DNA of 64,000 bases. Origin: Lepidodermella squamata. Lineage: Eukaryota; Animalia; Gastrotricha. Within the stretch, counting starts at the first letter, position 1. Each line of letters starts with the position of its first letter. This document shows, piece by piece, positions 53,079-64,000 of the stretch. Made by a program: the position numbers and the translations under genes. The notes beneath the pieces were generated by a model. It was not told the DNA's origin. It made no database searches and saw only the letters and a list, made by a program, of their open reading frames with translations. The DNA lies in assembly GCA_047495785.1 (NCBI GenBank), contig JBLDXI010000049.1, positions 62,001 through 126,000 of the forward strand, in the 5' to 3' direction.

Positions 53079-54341
53079 AATGATGTGACTTCCTTTGAAA
53101 AAGGCGTTCCATCTTGGGCCTCTCCTACAACAACAACTGCGATTGGCGAGCCATCTCTGCTTCCCCAGAAAGTATTGTCGGGCGACGGTAATTTGGTGGG
53201 ATCTCCTAATCTGTCAATTGAAAACTTGATTCCGCCTTTTCCGGCCGGGAAATCGTTCCCCAAAATCACCGCAGCATTGCTTCTGGAGCTATGCCAAGAT
53301 GTATCGCCGAATCAAACAGCCCCGAGAAATTTCGAAGGTTCGGCAGTACCTATCAACATTGCGATAGCCTTCGACAAGTTGCTGCAGTTTGATAGCCGAG
53401 ATGGCAAAATCACAATGCTAACTTCCATGTTACTGCGTTGGAACATTTCGACTTGTACTCTGATTCTTGGAAATGACACAATAATTGACCAGGGAGGCGT
53501 GGAGGGCGTGTTCATTCCCGATCCAAATGAGCTCTGGATGCCCAACTACTTCTTCACCACCAGTTCTGACGATCTGTTCATGAAAAATGATGAAAATTTC
53601 GACTTGGATCTCCTTGGCGTAGTCAGTAAACTTACGCCTGTTTCATCTAAATCCAATCCACTGATTAGCTTCTACTTCATTCGAAGCGGCATTTTCTCCG
53701 CTGATTGCGACCTGGACCTAGCTAAATTCCCTTTCGACGGCCAAACCTGTGGATATTCCTTTGCTATTGAACGATCGATACAATTGCTGAATTTCAACGC
53801 AATCGACCTATTCTGTTCGAACAAGCAGTTCACGGAGTGGAATTTCGAGAAATGCTCCTGGGAAATGAAGCCGGATCGAATTAGTGGCGCCGACGTTCAA
53901 ACAGTGAAATTCAACGTATCAGTAACTCGTAGGTATGGGTTCTACGTTTTCAGTACAATGCTACCGAACACTTGCCTATCCCTTCTAATTTTGGCTACGT
54001 TTGTAATGCCACCGGATGAGCCAGATAGGCCTATGTTTTGCGTCACGATCCTGCTCGCTTTAGCTCTTGCGATGTCTGGCGTGCTTGATAACATTCCTCG
54101 GACATCGCAAAGGATTCTGTTATCTGACTACGTTTTGTTCATGACTATGGTTGCTGCGGGGGTCACGCTGTATGAACTGGTCGCTTGCTTCCTAGGCAGT
54201 AGCGAAAGTGAAACGGCTTTCTGCTCGAAAAGCTGGAAAGGCGTTTCTTACCTGCGACTTCTCGATTTGGCGTTTTTCGGAATTACTCTGCTGTCAATGA
54301 TTGCAATCTATGGATATGCATATTCCATCCTCGTTGGCTGA
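53079..54341 (+). CDS. Cys-loop ligand-gated ion channel in one intron-free exon (3' part of a probable chimeric gene)
   Basis: LWMPN; Cys-loop CDLDLAKFPFDGQTC; TEW; RRYGFYVFSTMLP; four TM helices; very short M3-M4 loop. It starts at an acceptor (aacag|, 53078) and has no ATG-initiated signal peptide. Confidence 0.9.
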   Translation, partial: NDVTSFEKGVPSWASPTTTTAIGEPSLLPQKVLSGDGNLVGSPNLSIENLIPPFPAGKSFPKITAALLLELCQDVSPNQTAPRNFEGSAVPINIAIAFDKLLQFDSRDGKITMLTSMLLRWNISTCTLILGNDTIIDQGGVEGVFIPDPNELWMPNYFFTTSSDDLFMKNDENFDLDLLGVVSKLTPVSSKSNPLISFYFIRSGIFSADCDLDLAKFPFDGQTCGYSFAIERSIQLLNFNAIDLFCSNKQFTEWNFEKCSWEMKPDRISGADVQTVKFNVSVTRRYGFYVFSTMLPNTCLSLLILATFVMPPDEPDRPMFCVTILLALALAMSGVLDNIPRTSQRILLSDYVLFMTMVAAGVTLYELVACFLGSSESETAFCSKSWKGVSYLRLLDLAFFGITLLSMIAIYGYAYSILVG

Positions 54342-55083
54342 ACCACACTTACGAAGTCCCGTAAAAGCGCATGACTGGAATAATTCCAGGACAAATCTGT
54401 GACCGGCAACATTTTAATTATTTAATCATAACCCATGATGCTTTAACATGTTGAGGGGGGTTCTATCTGCGATTACCACTTGGAGCAGGATTATTATTAT
54501 TATTGGTTTATTAGGACTTAAGAATGGAGGAGTAACATGTATTTTATTACTTAATTCGCTTAAACGTTCTGATTCATCAGTCATTACATCTATGTCTAAT
54601 GATTAAGGTCAATAAATTTTTCTATTCAACTACGGCAGTTTATGACGCTTCCGGCTCAATGCCTCTATTTATTCCTCGAATATTGATATAGCATTATATG
54701 TCCAAATTGACCTAGCAAAATTCGATGAGTGAGGAGGTGATACATACTAGCTCGGAAATTCAAGCGCTTTATTGAATGCTGGGCAAGAAAAAGGGCGCGA
54801 TCAATTGAAGCGCACAGTTACCGGGTGCAAATTGGCACGCGATTTGCTATTCCGAAAAGTTCGTGCTTTATCGATTTCCGATATAGGCACAAACATTTGT
54901 AAACACACCGCGTTGTACTTGAGCATTCTCAGAGCAGTAAACATTTTTTTGCGACCCTAAATATAACTCGGAAAAATTGTACAAGATGCCCACAGCTATT
55001 CGCAATTATCTGTGGTCAATGTCCCCCGGATTTTTCGCTGAAAATGCTTAATGAATTTTCTTTCTCAAAAGTCGCATGCAGCA

Positions 55084-57039
55084 ATGCCAAAGGTATTTAG
55101 CCAAGCAGAAAAGGAACAAAGAATCGTTCTTTGTGGGGTAAGGAATTACCCATATTTCGTAAATAATTACGACGTGCAATATATCATTCCCAGATTTGCG
55201 GGGTTTCAGTTCGTCGACGTAAGCGATACCACCCCAAAGTTTGCGAGGCTTGCCAGGTTTTTATTATATAAACAGATTGAACTGGAATGAACAAATTGTT
55301 TCAATTGAATTTTCAGAAATTCTTCACCCGCACCTATCATATTCAGTCTAAACTGAAATGTTCTGCACTCAATACGAAAAACGCGAACATGTGCGCCGTA
55401 TCGGCCACAAAGCGACGAGTTTGTCGAAAATGCCGCTTCGACAAGTGTATTGCTTTCGGAATGAAATGTGAGTGCATAAGAATTATGATTATGACCTAAT
55501 TTCCTTGAAAGGCGCTGGAAAACACCGCTTTATTTCGCATTTTTTTCCGTTGATTTCTCCTTTTCGAACCAAGTATTAGCAAAAATAATTCATACTATTC
55601 ATTTTGTATTTTTTTACCCCAAATTTTTATATACGCCGCCATCTAAAAATGTCGTTTAAATTTGAGTGCGTTATTTCAAAGGGCGAGCGAATATGTAGTT
55701 ACTTTGCAAGTAACCCCGAGCTAATAGAATTGCGCATCTGAAAATACATGCCTGGACGCAAAACACGATCGCGTGCCAGCCGTCTTCCAGACTGGAAAAC
55801 AACGTCTAAAGTGCCAACTTTTTTTGTCTGATTGACATGTCAAAGATTTATTGACCTAATAGCCCATCCTTATATATAATTCCACTTGCATTCTTAATCA
55901 TTTTAGCTAAAATCAGTGAACGATCGATGCAGATCACCGATTTACTTATCGGCACTACAAGTGAACCTGAGAAGTCAGGTTCTTCGTCGAATGCAAGTAC
56001 CAAGGCTGATAATCCGGATTTTGACCAAAGCCAATCTTCAATTGAGCTGTACAAAGAACCAATATTGTTCGACGGCACTGAAATCGAGGAAGTTATGCGG
56101 CACTCAATTCATGCCTTCACCTTACTGAGCGAGTTTGATTCCGTAATTTTTTCCTCTTTGATGAAAACTGTTCAGAGTTATGCTATCTAACTCTAGTTAC
56201 CTATGAAGCGTTACAAAGGCCCGGCATTAAACTTTCAATCTGCGTCTAGCCTCATGTCGGCTCAAACTATCAAATTTTTCTCAGTGACAGTAGCATACTG
56301 CAAATTTATGCAAGGTAAGAAGATTCAGCTTTGCTTTGAAGTTGACATTTTTTGCTCTCATCTTTAAGACATCTATCGGTTTAATGACGACGAATTGGAA
56401 GCTCTCACTTTCGAAGCAGCCAAGTCGCTGAAAACTGCTTACTCAGTTCTACCTGGCAATAACACTTCGTCTATTGTCGATATTGACTACAAAATATTAC
56501 CAGCTATCCTTAATTACTTCCCAGAACTAGAGGTAAGTATACTTTTTTCTTAAATTGCATTCAAACATTGGCGAATTTTCCAGGAAACTGTCGAAGCTTC
56601 AAAGGATTGTTCTTCGGTCTTTGGAGATTGGAATCCATCTCTCGTTGAATCTGCCCTTTTCTTCAGCTTACTGTTCTTCCACGGTAAGAATGGACAAATA
56701 ATTAAAACACATTTCTATTTTCCATTTTATATAGATGACGTGGTGAAGAAGAATCCTCGACTCTATCGTGTGAAAGGTCTGCTCCAATCCGCGTTCAAAA
56801 TGTATTGTTCCCGCGCCGCTGATCGCCCCTACGAAAAAGCTATGGAACATCTAGTTGCATCAACGCAATCTTTATCAAATATGTGTAAAAAGCTGTGCGA
56901 TGCTGTTGAAGCCATGACAGGCCGTGATGGGTCTTTTGACAGAAGAGCCAACATGCTAATGGACCAAGCGTTCCGCACCCCACCCAGTGAAGCCCGCGTC
57001 ACATCGACGTTTACAGAACTGTGTTCTCAGGTAGATTAA
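55084..57039 (+). CDS. Divergent nuclear receptor NR-f
   Basis: MPKVFSQAEKEQRIVLCG|ICGVSVRRRKRYHPKVCEACQ|KFFTR..CRKCRFDKCIAFGMK, then KEPILFDGTEIEEVMRHSI and WNPSLVESALFF. Confidence 0.88.
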
Positions 57040-57801
57040 CCAAGCTCATGTTGAATCTCTATGATATAATCAAAACTCGCTTAATAAATGTTCTAGTTGA
57101 TACTGTCATTGGAGTCGTCATGCAATCGGTTTCAAAATAAATCTTGAAGGAGGCATCTATGACTTATTTTTGATGGGTGACTTCAGAAGGGACTGAAACG
57201 TCAGAGGCACTACTTGCCTCAAGATGTCCCAATTATCTTTATTTTTTTCCTTACATTTTTTCGACTTGATGTCCCAAATTAGCTTATTCCATTGATAGAA
57301 TTACCACAAAACGCAGCCACACAAACGATAAGTCTGTTTCATTTAATCTCGAAATATTCCTTTTTCTCCACATGATAGAAGTCTGCGTTTGAAATGAATA
57401 TGATCTGGAAACGTCAAATGTTTTCACTCGACTGTACGAATGTTAAGCTCAGCGGCAAAGGCACCCTTTTTTACGGACATTCAGGAAGTGTAATCAATTA
57501 ACACGCCGGCTCCTAGGGAGCGCGGTGTATGTACTCTGTGATCAATTATGCACGAGATCGCCTTTCAAGAACGTTCGTGAAATATTGATATTTTATAATC
57601 ACACACATTGCCACTAATAACCTCAATTAAGTAACAGGTCGTGCTACTAAAAAAGAGGAATGTTCCAAATATCGCTGGAAAAGTCCAAAATGTCCACAAG
57701 TAAATACAAATTGAGGCCGCAGAAACGATCAGTCGCAACAATCAGCGCTTTTGCTACATATAACTATCTCATTCATTTTAATTCAAAAGTAGCATTCAGA
57801 G

Positions 57802-57960
57802 ATGCCAATAGTAATTCACTCTAGACGAGTAGGAGCAAAGAATTGTGCTTTGTGCGGTAAACCATTTCTTCGAATTACCGCAGTCTACTTAGAAATATCG
57901 TTCGAATCCGCGTTCGCCGGCATAAGCGTAGCTGTCCCAAGTTTGCGAGGCTTATCAGGT
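57802..57960 (+). pseudogene. Degenerate first two exons of an NR-f/g-type gene
   Basis: atgcca...gagtaggagcaaagaattgtgctttgtgcg|gt and cgcgttcgccggcataagcg..cccaagtttgcgaggcttatcag|gt, with a stop, frameshifts and Cys->Tyr. Upstream sequence (about 57405-57800) resembles the NR-g upstream region. Confidence 0.75.
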
Positions 57961-58444
57961 TTGGATAAGAAAAAATGAAAACTGCTATGCACTTTTCAGA
58001 TTTTAGCTAGCATATTATTTGTGTCTAGGTAATTGAGATAGGTGCATATATAGATTCATAATTAATTTATGTACTGGAAACGTCAAATGCTTCCGGTTTG
58101 GTCATTTTAAATGCCCTGTTTCGGAGGCATCCAGGCATCGTGATAAATTATGTGACTTGGCGTTAGATCAATTTTGTACGTGGTCAGCCTTGCAAAAATG
58201 TCCTTTTTACTTATATCGACTTCCGATAAACATACACGTTCATGAATGCCGCGCTGCGAGTAAGCTCAAATTAGTTAGATGTTTTTGTCAATAAAATGTC
58301 TGCGGTTCCGAATATCACTGACAGAGTCCAACCTGTCCACGCGTTGGCTGAAAGTATAACTTATCAAAACTACTTGTTAATACCAGTTGATGTGTTTGCT
58401 GTAGCTCTCAAATTATTTTTGCTATAAAAAATAGCATTCGAGAG

Positions 58445-60355
58445 ATGCCTTCACCCAAGATTTTCTCCCAAGAAGAAAAGGAGAAAAGAATCGTGCTTTG
58501 TGGGGTAAGCCATATCATCCACAACATTCATCCTAAGACATTTCATTCCCAGGTTTGCGACGTTCGCGTGCGCCGTCGTAAACGATACCATCCCAAAGTT
58601 TGCGAAGCTTGTCAGGTTAACATTTGGAAAGAAATGCAATTCGAAATTAAGCTGGTGAAATTTTTAGAAATTCTTCACCCGCAACTACCACAAGCAAACA
58701 AAGCTAAAATGTATTAGCGTCAATAGAACAGATGCGAACAATTGTGTTGTATCGGTCAACAGGCGTCGAGTTTGTCGAAAGTGCCGCTTCGATAAGTGCG
58801 TTACCTTTGGAATGAGATGTAAGTTCCCTTATTCTCGCACATTTTTGTAACCTCAACTTATTTTCTAGCTAAAATCAGTGAACGCTCGCTGCAGATAAGA
58901 GAATTTCTTGCTTGCAATTCTGACGAGTCGGATTCCTCAATGAATTCAGACTCCGCCAACACCAGCACTTCAGCGGATGCTGCGACTGTTGGCCATCAAA
59001 ATTGTTCGGTCGAGATGTACAAAGAACCGGTTCTGTATGATGGCAGAGCTATTGAGGAAGTAATTCGCCACTCCATCCATGCTTTCACTCTGCTGAGCGA
59101 GTTCGAATCCGTAAGCTACAGCAATTCATTCACGAAAAATAATCAAATGAATATTGTTATCACCAGCTTCCTTTAAAGTGTTACAAGGGCCCTGAGATGA
59201 CCTACGAACTGGCAGCTGGTCTCATGTCGGTTCAAACAGTCACATTTTTCTCGATTACGATAACATACGCCAAGTTCATGCAAGGTGCCAAAGTGGTCCT
59301 AATCTTTCGAGATAGGATGATTTATTTATTCATTTATTTAAAACTGCAGTTTCGCGTTGCGCGTGTTCACAGTCATTTGTTTTTATATACAGTTTTCAAA
59401 TATTTACAGGCGTCTCACCGTCGACACACAAGTTTTTACAATTTCAGGCAACAAGTTTTGTAAAATATTATTTTTAAAAAAAGTAATTGAACGAGAGTTA
59501 ATTATGCATTCTGGTACCTTATTCCATACTTTCTGTTAATTCTGTTGCCATTGCAAAATCTTCGGGGATCTGAGCGACATTTAGAAGGAACTATGCAGTG
59601 TTTCGCCTTTCTAGTGTTAGTTGAATTTTCGAACAAAGATGAAAAAGAGACATCAACAAAATTGTGGTGTGTGATGTGATGTATTTTCAGAATTATATCG
59701 GTTCAACGATGAGGAATTGGAAGCTCTTACATTCGAAGCAGCCAAGTCCATAAAAACAGCATACTCCATGTTGCCTGGGAACAACACATCGTCTGTTATT
59801 GATATCGACTTCAGAATTATATCAAATATCCTTACCTACTTTCCTGAATTGAAAGTGAGTATGATCCATATTACATGAACCCTGAACTAACTTCCATATT
59901 GCAGACGATCGTCGTAGCTTCGCAAGAATGTGCTTCAGTTATTGGTGATTGGAATCCATCTCTCGTCGAATCCGCCCTTTTCTTCAGTTTGCTATTCTTC
60001 CACGGTTCGACTTTCCATGAATGATATGCTTGTAACCATTCGCGTTTTTGTAGACGACGTCGTGAAGAAAAATAATCGGCTCCATCGCGTGAAAGGCCTG
60101 CTCAATGCCGCGTTCAATATGTACTGCTGCAGTATCGGCGATCGGCCCTTCGAAAAAGCTAAGCAGCACCTTGTCAATGCTACGTTTTCCATGTCGAAAA
60201 TGTGTAAAAAGCTGTATGGCGTTGTCGAAGCTATGAAGAGTCATGCTTTCGATAGCCGGGCGAACCTGCTGATGGACCAAGCGTTCCGCACGCCGCCCAG
60301 TGAAGCCCGTGTCTCCTCGACCTTTTCCGAACTATACTCCCAGCTGGATGAGTGA
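58445..60355 (+). CDS. Divergent nuclear receptor NR-g (close paralogue of NR-f)
   Basis: MPSPKIFSQEEKEKRIVLCG|VCDVRVRRRKRYHPKVCEACQ|KFFTR..CRKCRFDKCVTFGMR. The C-terminus DQAFRTPPSEARV is shared with NR-f. Confidence 0.88.
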
Positions 60356-61391
60356 AATTCGTCATTGTGATTAGGAACATAGACTAACATTTGTTTGAAA
60401 TCATCTGAACGCATCTAAATATAAATGTCGGAGCGTTTCATCCGACGTCAACACGTGACTGTTTCTTTTGCTCACCATGTGGTTTGCCTTTAAAAATGCG
60501 TCATTATTTAGAAGACACATAGTGCTGTACAGTTAGAACGTGACTAGTTTATCAAATTTGATTCACATATTTTGCAATCAAATAAATCGATGATAGAGCG
60601 GACTTTTTCCACCTGGTGATTTTGCTTAGGTTGACATACGCTCACATACGTCTGTTCATACGTCTGTTCTTATTAGTAACATGTCTCATGTTTGAGGGTG
60701 TTTCAAATTTCCAACCAAAAAAGTTCAAGCGAAATAGCAAATACTTGCTTATTATAGCAATGTTAAAGCTTATCGTCATGAAGGAGCTTGAAATCAACTT
60801 CTAGGATTATATTCAACTTTAATTTCATGATTATAAGTTGACTGGACGAACTAGCCAAAGGTTTTCTTCCCGAAGTTCCCCAAACTTAGTAATAAATGAG
60901 GTAGAGCCTATTTTCAACTTCAATTCTTGCTGATTACCGCCATTTGCGTAAAGTTTGATGCGCGCATTTTAAATGGGTCGCGCAGCCGCACTCATGCCAC
61001 AGTCTTTATCTATCACTTTAACCCACCCGAAATTTCATGCTGCTATACTCCAAAATTAGTTTCAACCAATGTGGAATGTTGCAAGCGGTTTTTGGTATTT
61101 TGGCGAATTGACCCAGAATCACTCTAATCGATTTTTTCAGACTTATCATGCCAAGAATCAATAAATTCGCCTCTCTCGAATGCTGTTTTTTACTCACATG
61201 CTATTTTATTACGCAAAATTGTATGAACTCGTGCACAAAATCAATGAAGCCGCGTATCGATTAACGGCTCGTTCTACTGCTACGGCACATAAAAAATACG
61301 CAGCTACGATGTTTTGATATAGAGCGAGCACGAGCTTCACTCATTTTTCACTTGAATGAAAAGGTCATATTGAAGCTCTTAGTTTATAATA

Positions 61392-62888
61392 ATGCCGCGA
61401 ACATACACGAAGGAAGAAAAGGAGAGCCGTGTCATTCACTGCCGGGTATGAACTTCACCTTAATTTTCGAGCGAAATTCATATCAATTGCCAATTCACAG
61501 ATTTGCAATGCTCTAGTCCCGCGGCGGAAGAGGTATCATCCCAAAAACTGCGAAGCTTGCCAGGTAACTTTCTAGAATTTTCTTAAGATTTTCTGTTTAT
61601 TTTACATTTTTTCAGAAATTTTTCTCTCGAAACCACAACCGGCAGTATGCGTTGAGGTGCTCTGGAGGCGACTCCAAATGTGAAATCGATTCATCGAACC
61701 GTCGAAGCTGTCCTAAATGCCGCTTCGAAAAATGTGTTCTAGCTGGAATGCGATGTGAGTCATCTCTCGAGGCTCAATAATTCTCATTTATTTTTTGACC
61801 TTCACAGCTCGACAAGGGAAGCCCTTCAAAGACGAAGAGGAAGATGTCAGCTCAGGGGAAGGCGCATCTGGCGATTCAACATCGGCCGACCAAATGCAAC
61901 TCGCAATTGTGCGACCCCGATCGAGCAGTATCAGCAGCAATAAAAGCACGGATTTTTCAATAAACGAATCCTTTGACAGTCCGTCCGCTATTTGCGAACC
62001 CCAGTTAGTTCGAGATCCAGTTCTTTATGATGGTTCGCTAATCGAAACAGCGATCAAGCAGTCAGTCATCGCTTTCACAATTCTCCATGGCTTTGAATTG
62101 GTAAGGGACCTATTTCATCAATGTCCCCAGGCTTTAATATCAATTTGCAGCTGCCGTTGAAACTGTGTACTGATTACACCATCGAGACTCATTTTGAACT
62201 TGCCGGTCAACACACTTTAGAGATGGCTAAAGTAGGGGCGGCCTACGCTGACTTCATCAAAAGTAGGCTCCTTGATCGGTGTAATGAATCGTATCTTTTT
62301 TAGACTCTCCTTTGCCAGATTCCTATCGGCTATCGGACGACGAAGGTCGCGCTCTGATGCAGTCCGGGTTCAAACCAATGATGGCTGCTTACTCGGCCCT
62401 GCCTGGTAACAACATGGCAAAATTCGATATTAACGCGTCGATTTTGGAGAGCTTTCTACGCGTTTGCCCTGAATACCAAATTTCCATCGATGCTGGATCG
62501 ATTCTTCGCGATGCTATGAATGACTGGTCGCCCAGTTTGGTCGAATGCGCTTTGTTTTTCAATCTTTTGTTCTTGGGAGGTTTGGGAATTGCTTTTGAAC
62601 AAACTGAAAATGTATGAATTAGTTACAGGTGAAACTCAACCGATAAGCCCTCGGGCTGCTCAACTGCGCAATCTGCTTCAAACAGCTTTTCGTTTACACG
62701 CAGCCAGGCAGCCTTTCAGACCCCTGGAAGAAACCAACAAACACCTTTGCCGAAGCACAGTTCTCGCGAAGCAGAACGCGGCCGCTTTACAGCGAAGTGT
62801 TGAGATCTCGGTGCGGCGAATGTTCACGAGATTTAACCCGAGTGTCCAGCAAACTGTCAGTGATATATTTTTCAATGGCACAAGTTAG
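61392..62888 (+). CDS. Divergent nuclear receptor NR-h
   Basis: MPRTYTKEEKESRVIHCR|ICNALVPRRKRYHPKNCEACQ|KFFSR..CPKCRFEKCVLAGMR, then RDPVLYDGSLIETAIKQSV and WSPSLVECALFFNLLFL. Confidence 0.88.
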
Positions 62889-63506
62889 TTGAACAATTTA
62901 TCGTATCATATATCCTCATGTTGTCTATTTTCGTCTCATTAAATGAACATTAAAACAAACTTTGTCGGTGAGATCATATTGATGTTGCTTCAAGTCCGTG
63001 CTCTTTGATCATAATCTTGAGATTGCGGTATTGAAGGCGTGGACGTTATCAGTTGAGTACAGCTCTATTTTAGCCAGAGAGAGCTTGCAGAGCTTTGAAA
63101 AGTCCAATCGCAAAAGTATAACATCAACGGAATGACACGTGAGCTGCTTAACAAAAATTAGTTTATCTCGAATTTCCATTTCCACGTCCCAGAGATGTCC
63201 ATATCATCTCCCATCTCGCAAACTAAAGTTCATCACTTGCGTCAAGTCCGGTTTCTTTTTATTGTCGGTGACTATAAGTTTTTTCGATGCCTGTTTGTCG
63301 CTGTATGCCCCCTGCACAGGACAAGTTCTCGCGATCGATAACATCGTGCTGATCGATACGACACTGCTCGTCTACGCCGCAATTTTTTTCTATTTTTACT
63401 ACACCCGCTGTTGAGTACTTGTTAGCTTGCTATACATAATAATTTTTCCTACTTTTCATCTAGTTTTCTTTTACGACAATGCCTATGATCTTCGCACTTT
63501 GATAGG

Positions 63507-64000
63507 ATGCCCCAATATATTACAAAGGAGGAGAAGGAGCATAGGACCGTTTTTTGCAAGGTATTGTTGACAATTGATGATGTATCTGAGGTCTATTTGC
63601 TTTAATTGATACAACAGGTTTGCAAGATCCTAGTCCCCCGTCGCAAGCGTTACCATCCAAAAGTTTGCGAAGCTTGCCAGGTAATTCTATAGCAAATAGC
63701 TGATAATTCCTAATTATTTTGTTTACCAATCAGAAATTCTTCAGTCGAAATTTCGATAGATACCAAAAGTTGTTATGCACTGGAAATGGCAACTGCCCGT
63801 TAGACTCATCTGGTGATCGTCGCACGTGTGCGAGATGCCGATTCGAGAAATGTCTCCAGGCAGGGATGAAAAGTGAGGGTTGCCAATTGTCAACCCAAAT
63901 TAGTAATATCTTGAATTTATAGCGAGACGTTTATCTCTGACGCATGTCAAGTCCGAGTTCTCCGACGATAACATTGACCAGCACACCACGGCGGATCCAG
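63507..64000 (+). CDS. Divergent nuclear receptor NR-i (3'-truncated by the window)
   Basis: MPQYITKEEKEHRTVFCK|VCKILVPRRKRYHPKVCEACQ|KFFSR..CARCRFEKCLQAGMK. Confidence 0.85.

Overview
Eukaryotic, invertebrate-animal DNA from a compact genome: most introns are about 35-65 nt, GT-AG, often with AAG acceptors. The taxon cannot be fixed from the sequence. No rRNA, tRNA or CRISPR is seen. Manual splicing gives about 21 genes. Nine belong to a divergent nuclear-receptor (NR) family with a 14-residue first-finger loop and C-x-A-C-x-K P-boxes; one has lost an exon, one is cut by the window end, and two further relics are present. Other genes: three small secreted prepropeptides, a peptide-receptor-like GPCR overlapping an NR tail-to-tail, a secreted protein with five unfamiliar 4-Cys modules plus two C-type lectin domains, two tandem CNG channels with altered pore helices, a MADF-BESS factor, a non-alpha nAChR-like subunit, a CUB-LDLa-CUB-CUB serine protease, a quiver/Ly6 protein and a GLUT-like transporter. 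The most striking candidate (51137-54341) is an apparent chimera: signal peptide + L-type-lectin-like domain + Ser/Thr mucin stalk + complete Cys-loop channel. Several MITE-like palindromes and transposase fossils are also present. All gene models are hand-spliced predictions without RNA evidence.
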